The notes below the pieces were generated by a model, which was given only the letters and a program-made list of their open reading frames with translations, had not been told where the DNA came from and ran no database searches. Both the position numbers and the translations under genes were made by a program. Source: an uncultured bacterium (GTDB lineage: Bacteria; Hydrothermota; Tepidihabitantia; Tepidihabitantales; JBDRVQ01). Taken from it: DNA of 58,035 nt. How positions within the stretch are numbered: position 1 is the first letter of the stretch; the number at the start of each line of letters is the position of its first letter. This document shows, piece by piece, positions 35,192 through 44,600 of the stretch. The stretch is from NCBI GenBank assembly GCA_964425275.1, contig CAYRLZ010000013.1:1-58035 (forward strand), written 5' to 3'.

Positions 35192-36715
35192 GTGATGGAG
35201 GAGAATAAGCAATCTTTATCTCTCTTCTTTTCTACGGAGAATATCGCTTTCCATTCTCTATTTTATCTCTTTTCATCGGTTGGTCCAGCGCTCTTCCAGA
35301 TTTTTCTCGTCTTTTTCTTAGCCCGATATATTTCACCGGCGAAATTTGGTAATTTTATGCTTGTTTATTCAGCCCTCACTCTTCTTGTTCTAACGGTAAC
35401 CGCTTGGATTGATGGCTCAAATTTAAGGTTTTATGCGGTATATGAAGGGACGAAAGATTATCAGAAATTTTTTAGCACGGTCTTCGCTTCACTTTTCCTA
35501 TTACTCTTCGCCGTAAGTGGTCTCCTTCTTTTATTGGCAGTTATTCTTAAAGAAAGATTAACGTCAGGAATGTGGAGTATGATTAGCGCGGGCATTTTGG
35601 CAATGCCATTTTATGGTATTATATTTTCGGGGAGTGTCTTTTTACAATCCGCGGTCCGACCAAGGGCGTATGCCTTTCTCAGATTAGCATTTTTTCTTTT
35701 GAGTTTTTTACTTGGTATATTTTTTATCTTGCGATTTAACTATAACCCGAATGGTATCTTTTTTGCCTGGATAGTAGCCGGTGTGATATTGTTGCCCTTT
35801 CTTTTGAAAACGGTCTCCTTCGGTCAGAATTTTCGGATTAAGGAGATAAAAATGGATTTACTTCGGGAAATTTTTATCTATGGCGCGCCGTTCATCGCAA
35901 CGAAGATTTGTTGGCTTCTTCCGGGAAATATTGAGCGGTATCTATTAAGGATATTTAAGGGGGCGAGTGAAGTGGGGCTATATTCTACGGGATGGGCACT
36001 TTCTAATAAGGCGCTTCTTTTTTTCTCTTTCTTAACGGCGGCGACTTATCCTTTGGTGTGTAAATGTTATGAAGAGGAAGGGAAGGATTCCGTGCCGGGG
36101 TTTTTAAGAGGATTGGTGAGGATTTACTTTCTCTTTTCCTTTCCATTAGTAATACTCTTATCCGGATTAGCCAGAGATATTTTCACTCTCTTCTTAAATT
36201 CGGCTTATCAATCTGGGTATATTTTACTGCCGTTTATTACTCTGGGCACCTTCTTTTTCGGGTTAGGTCAGTATACCTCTAAGGGGCTGATCTTAGAAAA
36301 GAAGACCAACACTTATCTCTGGGTAGTGGCTTCCTTCGCCGCACTTAACCTATTATTGAATTTTCTTCTTATTCCTTTCTTCGGGATGCTTGGGGCAAGT
36401 ATTGCCTATCTCTTAGCTAATTTCTACTTTGCGGTCGCGGTGAAAGTAAAGAGTGATTACTTTTTACCCTTTGCCCTACCTTGGAAATCCCTGAACCGGA
36501 TTATCACCTCCGCAATCTTTTCTGCCGTGGTGATTTTCCTTTTGCATCAATTACTGCCCACTAAGATTCTCTTCTTTATCGTTAAGAGTTTAATTGGTCT
36601 TGCGACCTATCTTTTTGCCCTCTTGGTTTTAGGTGAGATAAGAACCAGAAATGTCCTGCGGGTTTTCCGCTACATCGGAAGGGGACTGGCCTATGGCTAT
36701 AGCAAAAAGACGTAA
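35192..36715 (+). CDS. wzx: Polysaccharide flippase (Wzx/MOP family)
   Basis: Many TM helices; SPAKFG, IERYLL..F.G..EVGLYS, NLLLNFLLIP.FG..GA. Confidence 0.88.
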   Translation: MMEENKQSLSLFFSTENIAFHSLFYLFSSVGPALFQIFLVFFLARYISPAKFGNFMLVYSALTLLVLTVTAWIDGSNLRFYAVYEGTKDYQKFFSTVFASLFLLLFAVSGLLLLLAVILKERLTSGMWSMISAGILAMPFYGIIFSGSVFLQSAVRPRAYAFLRLAFFLLSFLLGIFFILRFNYNPNGIFFAWIVAGVILLPFLLKTVSFGQNFRIKEIKMDLLREIFIYGAPFIATKICWLLPGNIERYLLRIFKGASEVGLYSTGWALSNKALLFFSFLTAATYPLVCKCYEEEGKDSVPGFLRGLVRIYFLFSFPLVILLSGLARDIFTLFLNSAYQSGYILLPFITLGTFFFGLGQYTSKGLILEKKTNTYLWVVASFAALNLLLNFLLIPFFGMLGASIAYLLANFYFAVAVKVKSDYFLPFALPWKSLNRIITSAIFSAVVIFLLHQLLPTKILFFIVKSLIGLATYLFALLVLGEIRTRNVLRVFRYIGRGLAYGYSKKT

Positions 36716-37427
36716 GGTTAATCGGGCGATTATCCTGGCCGCGGGAAATTCCCGTCGGCTCTTTCCCTTAACCAAGACCTGCCCGAAATGTCTCCTTGGG
36801 ATTAATGGCCAGACACTTTTAGAAAGAACCCTCTCGGCTTTGGTTGAGAGTGATATTAAAGAAGTAATCATTATCACCGGGCACGGAAGATTTCGGGTTG
36901 AAAAGGCCGTGGCGGAATTTAATTATTCCGGTTGGGTGAGGTTTTTATTTAATCCCTTCTATGCGGTCACGAATAATCTCGTCTCCTTAGGATTGGCCCG
37001 ACCTCTAATGGATGACGGTTTTCTTTTGATCAATTCTGATCTTTATTTTGATAACCGAATATTGTTTAAGTTAACCGAGGCAGAAGGTGATTGTCTGGTT
37101 ATTGAGCGGCAAAAGCCCCTTGGCGAAGAAGAGATGAAAGTGAAGATTGAAGACGGGCGGATAGTAGATATCGGCAAGGATTTGTTGCCTTCGGTGGCAA
37201 GTGGTGAGTATATCGGGATGGCAAAGTTCTTAGCTCGTGGTGGGAGTTTATTGAAGGAGAAGTTGACCGAACATTTAGCAAGAAATGGTTATCAAGAATT
37301 TTATGAGTCGGCAATCAAGGACCTATTCGTTCCCATCCCGATAAAGCCAGTCTTTACCGATGGGTTGCCCTGGATTGAGATTGATACCCCAGAGGATTTA
37401 GCAAAGGCACAAGACCTTGGGATATGA
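36693..37427 (+). CDS. Phosphocholine-cytidylyltransferase-like NTP transferase
   Basis: AIILAAG.SRRL..LT...PKCLL, NN..SL, NSD, EEMKV, GEYIG, W.EIDT.EDL. Confidence 0.88.
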   Translation: MAIAKRRKVNRAIILAAGNSRRLFPLTKTCPKCLLGINGQTLLERTLSALVESDIKEVIIITGHGRFRVEKAVAEFNYSGWVRFLFNPFYAVTNNLVSLGLARPLMDDGFLLINSDLYFDNRILFKLTEAEGDCLVIERQKPLGEEEMKVKIEDGRIVDIGKDLLPSVASGEYIGMAKFLARGGSLLKEKLTEHLARNGYQEFYESAIKDLFVPIPIKPVFTDGLPWIEIDTPEDLAKAQDLGI

Positions 37428-37445
37428 GAAAATGGAGGTAGGTTT

Positions 37446-38555
37446 ATGGCTTTCTTAGGTAGAGGGATTGAGGTTCCACTCTTTCTCCGGATTAAAAAAG
37501 GGATACTGTCAGAAATTGATGGAGTGGTAAAAGAGGAAAATCTCTATTTCCGAAAGCCATTGATTGTTGCCGATGAACTGACCTGGCGGATTGCCGGAGA
37601 GAAGGTGGCTAACTCTTTTGGCGAGGCCTCTTCTATAATAATTGAGGATAATCGTTGGGAGGAAGTCGTCCGGACAAAGAGAGTGATTGAGGAGAAGGGG
37701 GTTGATTTAGTGATTGGGGTCGGGGGAGGAAAGGCGATTGATATTGGGAAATATACCTCTTTCCTCTCCCGGATAAATTTCATCTCTTGCCCAACCGCTC
37801 CGGCTCATGACGGAATATCTTCGCCGGTAGCGGTAATCCGAAAGGAAGGTGAGACACTGAGCCTTGGGGCGAAGATGCCAATGGGGATTATTGTTGATTT
37901 GGATATAATTAAAAACGCCCCATTATTAACCATACTCTCCGGCATCGGTGATTTGGTTTCTAACCTCTCGGCGGTTGAGGATTGGCAATTAGCCGTGAGG
38001 CGAAAAAAAGAGCGGTTGGATACCTTTGCTTATATCCTTTCAAAACAGGCAGCGCTTGCCTTTATGAGTAACGGTCATTTTACCTCTCACACCGATACCG
38101 CCTTCTTAGAGCGGCTTTTGGAGGGTTTGGTGATGAGTGGTATCGCGATGGAGATTACCGGCTCTTCCCGGCCGTGTAGCGGTGCCGAACACCTGATCAG
38201 TCATGCCTTGGATAGAATCCTTCCGCAACCTTATCCCCACGGGATTCAGGTTGGTTTGGCCACCCTCTTTACTAATGCCCTGCGGGGAAATTCCTGGAAG
38301 AAGATAAGAAATTTTTTCCTCAAGGTTGGATTTCCAACTTCCCCGGACCTGATTGGTATTAGGAAAGAAGATTTTTTATCGGCCTGTGCAATGGGACCAA
38401 AGATGCGCAAAGGACGATGGACGATTCTTGATGAAAAAGCGATTGAAGACTTCCCGAGAGTCTATGAAGAGGTTTATGAGGCGGTTAGACCGTTTGCCTA
38501 CGGCACGGCACCGCAGAACATAAAGAAGAGAGATAAAATACCGATTACCAGTTAA
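37446..38555 (+). CDS. Glycerol-1-phosphate dehydrogenase-like protein (EgsA/AraM/Gtp1 family)
   Basis: GVGGGKAIDIGK, PTAPAHDGISSP, SG.GD..SN, SSRPCSGAEHLISHA, HG.QVG. Confidence 0.9.
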   Translation: MAFLGRGIEVPLFLRIKKGILSEIDGVVKEENLYFRKPLIVADELTWRIAGEKVANSFGEASSIIIEDNRWEEVVRTKRVIEEKGVDLVIGVGGGKAIDIGKYTSFLSRINFISCPTAPAHDGISSPVAVIRKEGETLSLGAKMPMGIIVDLDIIKNAPLLTILSGIGDLVSNLSAVEDWQLAVRRKKERLDTFAYILSKQAALAFMSNGHFTSHTDTAFLERLLEGLVMSGIAMEITGSSRPCSGAEHLISHALDRILPQPYPHGIQVGLATLFTNALRGNSWKKIRNFFLKVGFPTSPDLIGIRKEDFLSACAMGPKMRKGRWTILDEKAIEDFPRVYEEVYEAVRPFAYGTAPQNIKKRDKIPITS

Positions 38556-38556
38556 A

Positions 38557-39267
38557 ATGGATTACCCTTCGTTATTGGTTGATAATGACTTGGTAAAACA
38601 GAGGCGGCAAATCGCCCAGAAACCAAAAGACCAGGAAGAGTTTTGGGCTTTCTATGTATTACGACCGTTCTCAATTTATTTTTCCTTTATTCTGCAAAGA
38701 CTCCATCCCAACTTGTTAACGATTACTGGGATATTCCTGATGATTTTGGCTTCGGGCTTTTTCTTGTCCGGCCAATTACTCTTCGGCTGCTTGGTTTTTC
38801 AGGCGGCTTATTTATTTGACTGTCTGGATGGCGAAGTCGCCCGGCTTAATCAAAAGTTCTCCCGCTACGGTAAATCCCTTGACTTTCTATTACATGCAAT
38901 AGATGTCCCGTTATTATGGTCTTTCACCTTAGGGATAAGAAAAAGTCTTCTAATACCTTATTATCAAATGGTAATCATTTTTTTACTGGCCTTAGTTAAT
39001 TTTGTTGGTCCGCGACTTTATCATTACTTAAAAAGGACCAATGGTTTTGATTTAGCCTCACAGTTAAGGCGGAAGAATTTTATATATAACTTCCTCGCTT
39101 TTCTCTTCTCATCGCTCGGGATATACACCATTGCGCTACCGTTCATAATCTTTCTGCCCGGTTTCTTGCCCACCCTCATTCTTATATGTCTGAGCGGTTC
39201 CTTAGCCAAGACCTTTGCCCGATTAATCATTGGTCATAAGAATTTTTTAAGGAGGCCGGGTGATTAA
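38557..39267 (+). CDS. CDP-alcohol phosphatidyltransferase family protein
   Basis: HPNLLT and DCLDGEVAR...S.YG..LD...H..D signature. Confidence 0.9.
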   Translation: MDYPSLLVDNDLVKQRRQIAQKPKDQEEFWAFYVLRPFSIYFSFILQRLHPNLLTITGIFLMILASGFFLSGQLLFGCLVFQAAYLFDCLDGEVARLNQKFSRYGKSLDFLLHAIDVPLLWSFTLGIRKSLLIPYYQMVIIFLLALVNFVGPRLYHYLKRTNGFDLASQLRRKNFIYNFLAFLFSSLGIYTIALPFIIFLPGFLPTLILICLSGSLAKTFARLIIGHKNFLRRPGD

Positions 39268-40600
39268 CGGAAAAGTAAATTTTTGGCGGACAAGAAGTTT
39301 GCCTCTCCCCTATTTACTTTATCTCTTAGCCATCGCCCTGGCCGTCGCTTTGTATACCCATTTTCCAATTACACTTTTTCTTGTCGTTTTTTGCGGAATA
39401 ACCGGACTTTGCCTCTTTAAGCCAGATTGGGGATTATCTTTATGGGCTGGGCTTTTAGGGATTCAGTTAATGACCGTTGGTTCTTTGGGGATTAATATTG
39501 CCCCTTCTGATTTATTTCTAATTCCTCTGACCCTGGTGGTTAGCGGTCAAATCCTCACCGGCAAACGGGTTTATAAAAAGAGCAATTTAGCCATCTGGAT
39601 TTTTCTCCTCTTAATTAGCCTCACCTTAGGGCTTGGTGTATTTTATCGGTCTTTTGGTTATCTATCTTCTTATACCCTGTTGAATAAATATCTCGGTCTT
39701 ATCAGTTTGGCGCTTGCCTTTTTTATTGTCAAGCACTTCGTCAATGATGACGAAGAGTTAAATAAATTAATTAACGTCTTTTTTGTTTCCGGTTCCTTAA
39801 TTAACCTCTTGGTCTTAAGTCTTTATCTCCTGAGCGTTAGCGGACGGGTGCATTTCCTTTCCGATACTATAAGGGAAGGCGGCAGATTAAGGGGTTTTCT
39901 CTGTGACCCCAATGCCTATGCCGGATATGTTTCTATCCTATTACTTTTCTCACTCTCTTTTCTTCTAACTGGTGAGCGGAAAGGACCTCTTTTATTCTCT
40001 TTATTTAATACCCTTCTTTTGACCTTGTCACTTTTCTTCACCTTTTCCCGAACCGGCTGGCTCGGATTTCTCATTGGTCTTGGGGTTATTTTGTTTCTTA
40101 GCAAAAAAATAAAACCGGCCTTATTATATTCGGCGCTACCTTTTCTCAGTTTTTTAGTCTTAATGCTCATTCTGCCCCACTTTGGACTGAGGCCAGACTT
40201 TTTTATCTTCCGCAAATGGACCTACTATGAGCGCCTGGATTTAATGAGTAAGGGGTGGGATTTATATAAGGAGAATTATTTATTAGGGATTGGGCTGGGA
40301 ACCTTTCGGCAACTCTTCCCAACAATAATTCACAACTCATTTGTCTGGATATTGGTGGAAACCGGACCTTTGGGCTTGATTGCCTTAATTGGACTCTTTA
40401 TCCAGGCGATTTCTGATTTGCTAAGATATGATGTTGGTAAATTGCGTGTGCCGGTGCTTAGTGGTCTTTTCGCTTATATCGGGTTAGCGATGGGGATTGA
40501 AGCCCTTTATCAGCGACCGCTCTGGCTTTTTCTCGCCTTGGGCTCGGCACTCAGTCAAATTAGATTGGAGCAAAAAGAGAAAGGAAAAGATAGCCAATGA
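39260..40600 (+). CDS. O-antigen polymerase/ligase family protein (Wzy_C)
   Basis: RL.G...DPN, TFSRTGW, R......GIGLG.F, HNS. Confidence 0.85.
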   Translation: MINGKVNFWRTRSLPLPYLLYLLAIALAVALYTHFPITLFLVVFCGITGLCLFKPDWGLSLWAGLLGIQLMTVGSLGINIAPSDLFLIPLTLVVSGQILTGKRVYKKSNLAIWIFLLLISLTLGLGVFYRSFGYLSSYTLLNKYLGLISLALAFFIVKHFVNDDEELNKLINVFFVSGSLINLLVLSLYLLSVSGRVHFLSDTIREGGRLRGFLCDPNAYAGYVSILLLFSLSFLLTGERKGPLLFSLFNTLLLTLSLFFTFSRTGWLGFLIGLGVILFLSKKIKPALLYSALPFLSFLVLMLILPHFGLRPDFFIFRKWTYYERLDLMSKGWDLYKENYLLGIGLGTFRQLFPTIIHNSFVWILVETGPLGLIALIGLFIQAISDLLRYDVGKLRVPVLSGLFAYIGLAMGIEALYQRPLWLFLALGSALSQIRLEQKEKGKDSQ

Positions 40601-41754
40601 GGGTATTACAGATAATTGGCAATTCTCGTTTTGGTGGTGGAGTTTATTATGTGCTATCAATTGCCCGCCAGTTAAGTAAAGAGGGGCAGGAGATCTTCAT
40701 CTTAGTGGAAAATCCGGTTTGTGCCCAATATTTCCGGGAGGCTGGTTTTAAGGTTCTCTCAACGAATGCCTTCCGACGAGAGATCTCGCCCTATTATGAC
40801 TTAAAGGCATTGGGCAGGCTGATTTATCTGATTAACCGCCTAAGACCGGATTTAATCCATACCCACACCTCAAAAGGTGGATTCATCGGTCGGTTAGCGG
40901 CAAGGATTGCCAAAGCCAAAAAGGTCATTCATACCGTTCATGGGTTCGCCTTCCATGAATTCTCTTCTCCCTTTGCCCAGGCATTTTATTCCTGGTTGGA
41001 GAGATATGCCAGCCGGTTTTGTCAACGGTTGATATTTGTGAATAAAAAGGATTGCGATTGCGCCCGGGAGAAAAAAATCGGCGATGAGCGAAAGAGAAGA
41101 ATAGTTTATAATGGGATTAATTATCGGGCGATTGAAAAGATTTCTCCTAATTACCAATTGAAGAATGAACTGCGTCTTCCGGATGATGCCTTTCTTTTAA
41201 CTTTTACCGGAAGGCTCTCCGCGCAAAAAAATCCTAAGGTTTTAATTGAAGGTCTGCCCAATATCTTAAAAGATTACCCCAATACCTACCTCCTCTTAAT
41301 CGGTGATGACCTGGGCTTGGAAAAAGAGTTAAGGGTAAAGGCAAAGCGATTAAAGGTTTATGATAATGTGAGGTTTTTGGGGTTTCGTAAGGATTGTGTT
41401 GCCTGTCTTAAATCATCCGATTGCTTTGTCCTGCCTTCTTTATGGGAAGGTCTTTCTATCTCCCTTTTAGAGGCAATGGCTTGTGGACTACCTTGCCTCG
41501 TTTCGGATATTAAAGGGAATAATGAGGTAATTGTTGATGGGAAGAATGGTTTTTTATTTCCCCCGAAGGCGCCTGATTGTTTTGCGGAAAAGGTGAAACA
41601 ATTGATTGCCTCAAAAGAACTGCGGAGGCGATTAGGTGAAGAGGCAAAAAGAACGGTTAGAGAATTATTCTCCGAGGAGATATTCTTAAGGGAGACGATG
41701 AAGATTTATCAGGAATGTGGGCTTGTGAGCCGCTTTACCCAAGGAGTATCTTAA
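40597..41754 (+). CDS. Glycosyltransferase family 4
   Basis: HTHTSKGG, HTVHG, GRL..QKN, PSLWEGL...LLEAMACG. Confidence 0.93.
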   Translation: MRVLQIIGNSRFGGGVYYVLSIARQLSKEGQEIFILVENPVCAQYFREAGFKVLSTNAFRREISPYYDLKALGRLIYLINRLRPDLIHTHTSKGGFIGRLAARIAKAKKVIHTVHGFAFHEFSSPFAQAFYSWLERYASRFCQRLIFVNKKDCDCAREKKIGDERKRRIVYNGINYRAIEKISPNYQLKNELRLPDDAFLLTFTGRLSAQKNPKVLIEGLPNILKDYPNTYLLLIGDDLGLEKELRVKAKRLKVYDNVRFLGFRKDCVACLKSSDCFVLPSLWEGLSISLLEAMACGLPCLVSDIKGNNEVIVDGKNGFLFPPKAPDCFAEKVKQLIASKELRRRLGEEAKRTVRELFSEEIFLRETMKIYQECGLVSRFTQGVS

Positions 41755-41759
41755 AAAAG

Positions 41760-42377
41760 ATGAAGAAGCGTCTCTTTGATATCATAATTTCGGCGAGCCT
41801 CTTAATCCTTACCTCGCCTTTGATTTTACTCCTAACCATCCTTATCCCTTTAACATCTAAGGGGAGACCATTTTTTAAGCAGAAGCGGGTTGGGAAATGG
41901 GGGAAGATATTTACCATCTATAAATTCCGAACGATGAAAGAGAATTCGCCAAAAGTAAGAAATATTGATGGGTCTTCTTATTACTCATTAGTGGACGAAA
42001 GAATAACTATCTTAGGTTCGTTTTTAAGACAATGGGGATTAGATGAGTTGCCACAACTTTTCAATGTCCTAAAAGGTGATATGAGTATCGTTGGACCCCG
42101 ACCGGATGAACCCGACCAGGTGGAGTTATATGAGATTAAAGAGTTTCGGAGGCTTTTAGTCAAACCCGGGATTACCGGTTTAGCCCAGGTCTGTGGTCGC
42201 AATTCTCTCTCTTGGAAGAAGCGAAAGGAAAAGGACATTGAATATGTAAAGAAGGTATCCCTCTTCTTTGATTTAGACATCCTCTTGAAGACATTGGGAA
42301 TTATTTTAAGAAAAGAGAAGCAATTCACAGCGTCTATTTGCGATGAGGATAAGGAGCAAAAAAATGTGGTTGGGTAA
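41760..42377 (+). CDS. Initiating polyprenyl-phosphate sugar phosphotransferase (small PglC-like)
   Basis: KRLFD, F.Q.RVG..G..F..YKFRTM, LDELPQL.NVL.GDMS.VGPRP, KPGITGLAQV.GR. Confidence 0.93.
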   Translation: MKKRLFDIIISASLLILTSPLILLLTILIPLTSKGRPFFKQKRVGKWGKIFTIYKFRTMKENSPKVRNIDGSSYYSLVDERITILGSFLRQWGLDELPQLFNVLKGDMSIVGPRPDEPDQVELYEIKEFRRLLVKPGITGLAQVCGRNSLSWKKRKEKDIEYVKKVSLFFDLDILLKTLGIILRKEKQFTASICDEDKEQKNVVG

Positions 42378-43443
42378 ATTCGGAATGACAAAAATTCCCA
42401 ATGAGTGGTCCGCACCAACCAAGCCGTCGGCATGGGTGTCCGGCACCAGCCAGGTAGAGAGAGTTCTGAATTTCTATAAACCGGTCTTTTTGACCGGGGT
42501 AGACAAGATTAAAGTTGGTGATTATTTGATGAACAAGATACAGGGATGGATAAGAGATGGGGGAATAATGAAGACGATTACCTGTGGTGTGGGCAAGAGT
42601 AAAGAAGAGATAATTGGTTTCATCCTATCTTACCCGGATAAATTTGACACAAAAGAGTTGAAGGTGTCGGTTTGGAAGATTCCGTTGATTATTGGTCGCG
42701 ATGAGGCAGTAAAGAAAAAATTAGTCCAATCGCTTTCTTGGGCAGTCAGATTAAAACAGAAGAGCGCAAAGAAAAAAGAAGTTTATCTCTTTACCCGAAT
42801 CCCCTCAAAAGACCAAGAGACGATTGAGGTCTTATTAGAAAATGGCTTTATTCCGATTGAGACCTTGGTTACCTTTGGTGCCGCAATTGATGAAGTCAAT
42901 TGGCCATCGCTTTATGGGAGCAGGCAATTGGTGAGCGAATCGTGCCCCGAAGGGCACTTCCCCAACAACCTTAGGTTGGAGATTTCCCCGCCTTCTTTTT
43001 CTGACCTCAAATCCATCTTCCGGATCTCCGATGAGTCTTTTTCTCATTCCCGGTTTCGTAATGACCCAACTCTTTCTCTCCGTTCCGCGCGGCGGATTTA
43101 TCGCTCCTGGCTGCGCACGAGTTTTGAGAAGAAGCGGCTATTGGTCGCGCGTTTCTCCGGAGTGCCCATCGGATTTGTGAGTTGGGATATTGACGAAGGG
43201 TTAAAGTCTTTTTTCGGATTTGCTGTTGGTTCAATTGGACTGATTGCTGTGGCAAGGGAGTTTTTGGGAAGGAAAGTTGGAAAGCAACTCTTCCTTTCCG
43301 CAGTTAGGGCAATGAAGGACAAGGGGGCTAAATATCTGACCGTCGGCACACAACTCTCTAATCAATCGGCAATTAACCTATATAAATCATTAGGCTTGAA
43401 AGAAAAGAAAAGTGAGGTTTCTTTACGGAAATGGCTGAGATGA
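42343..43443 (+). CDS. GNAT acetyltransferase (WecD/RffC-like amino-sugar N-acetyltransferase)
   Basis: F..SRF..DP, Y..W, LIAV....G..VG, VGTQ..N..A..LY...G; true start probably downstream of 42343. Confidence 0.8.
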   Translation: MRIRSKKMWLGKFGMTKIPNEWSAPTKPSAWVSGTSQVERVLNFYKPVFLTGVDKIKVGDYLMNKIQGWIRDGGIMKTITCGVGKSKEEIIGFILSYPDKFDTKELKVSVWKIPLIIGRDEAVKKKLVQSLSWAVRLKQKSAKKKEVYLFTRIPSKDQETIEVLLENGFIPIETLVTFGAAIDEVNWPSLYGSRQLVSESCPEGHFPNNLRLEISPPSFSDLKSIFRISDESFSHSRFRNDPTLSLRSARRIYRSWLRTSFEKKRLLVARFSGVPIGFVSWDIDEGLKSFFGFAVGSIGLIAVAREFLGRKVGKQLFLSAVRAMKDKGAKYLTVGTQLSNQSAINLYKSLGLKEKKSEVSLRKWLR

Positions 43444-44600
43444 TAATCCCATTTTCTTTACCTTCTATTTCCGAGGCGGAGATAAAAGCGGTGACCGATG
43501 TGCTTCGGTCGGGTTGGCTAACTACTGGTGAGAAGACAAAGGAATTTGAAGCGAAATTCGCCCAATATGTCTCGGCAAAATATGCGGTAGCGGTATCTTC
43601 TTGCACCGCCGGACTTTTTTTGGCCTTGAAAGCCTGCGGGATTAAAGAAGGCGATGAGGTTCTTCTCCCCACCTGGACATTTTGTGCTACGGGTAATGTC
43701 TGCATTCACCTCGGGGCCTTACCGGTCCTATGTGATGTTGACGACGACTTTAACATATCAATTGATGAGATTGAGAAAAAGAGGACAAAAAGAACGAAGG
43801 CAATCATCCCTGTCCATTTCGCTGGTCTTCCTTGTTCGCTGGATAAAATTTCCTTTCTTGCTCAAGCGTCCACCAAAGAAAGGTTAGTAGTAATTGAGGA
43901 TGCCGCCCATGCCTGTGGTTCAGAATTCATGGGTGAAAAAATTGGTCATATCTCAGATGCCACAGTCTTTAGTTTCTATCCGACAAAAAATATAACCACC
44001 GGTGAAGGTGGGATGGTGACGACCGATTCGGCAGAGATTTACCAAAAGGTTTCGGTATTGACCAGGCACGGCATCTCAAAAAATGCCTATGAACGTTACC
44101 GGCATCTTGGGGATTGGTATTACGAAGTAGTAGAAGGGGGCTACAAATATAACCTAACCGATATTCAATCGGCCTTAGGACTTGTTCAGTTAAGTCGGGT
44201 TGAAGAGTTCATTGCTCGGCGCACCGAGATTGCCCACCGGTATACCGAGGCATTCAAAAACCTAAATGAAATAATACCACCCCCCGGCCCCAAGGCGAAA
44301 GACCGGCATTCTTGGCATCTCTATGTCATCCGACTGGTCCGGGAGAGATTAAAAATTTCCCGCAATCAATTCATTGAAGAGTTAAAGAAGAGAAAGATTG
44401 GAACCTCAGTTCACTTTATCCCACTTCATTTCCATCCCTACTATGCCCAAAAATTTGGCTACCGGAAAGGAGATTTTCCTCGGGCGGAAAAATTTTACGA
44501 AGAAATAATCTCTCTACCCCTCTATCCCAAAATGACCGACGAAGAAGTAGATTACATCATTTCCGCAATCTACGAAATAGTAGAAAAAGAAAGGAAATGA
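43431..44600 (+). CDS. DegT/DnrJ/EryC1/StrS sugar aminotransferase
   Basis: SGWLTTG, SSCTAGL, EDAAHA, FSFYPTKNITTGEGG, ISLPLYP. Confidence 0.95.
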   Translation: MAEMIIPFSLPSISEAEIKAVTDVLRSGWLTTGEKTKEFEAKFAQYVSAKYAVAVSSCTAGLFLALKACGIKEGDEVLLPTWTFCATGNVCIHLGALPVLCDVDDDFNISIDEIEKKRTKRTKAIIPVHFAGLPCSLDKISFLAQASTKERLVVIEDAAHACGSEFMGEKIGHISDATVFSFYPTKNITTGEGGMVTTDSAEIYQKVSVLTRHGISKNAYERYRHLGDWYYEVVEGGYKYNLTDIQSALGLVQLSRVEEFIARRTEIAHRYTEAFKNLNEIIPPPGPKAKDRHSWHLYVIRLVRERLKISRNQFIEELKKRKIGTSVHFIPLHFHPYYAQKFGYRKGDFPRAEKFYEEIISLPLYPKMTDEEVDYIISAIYEIVEKERK

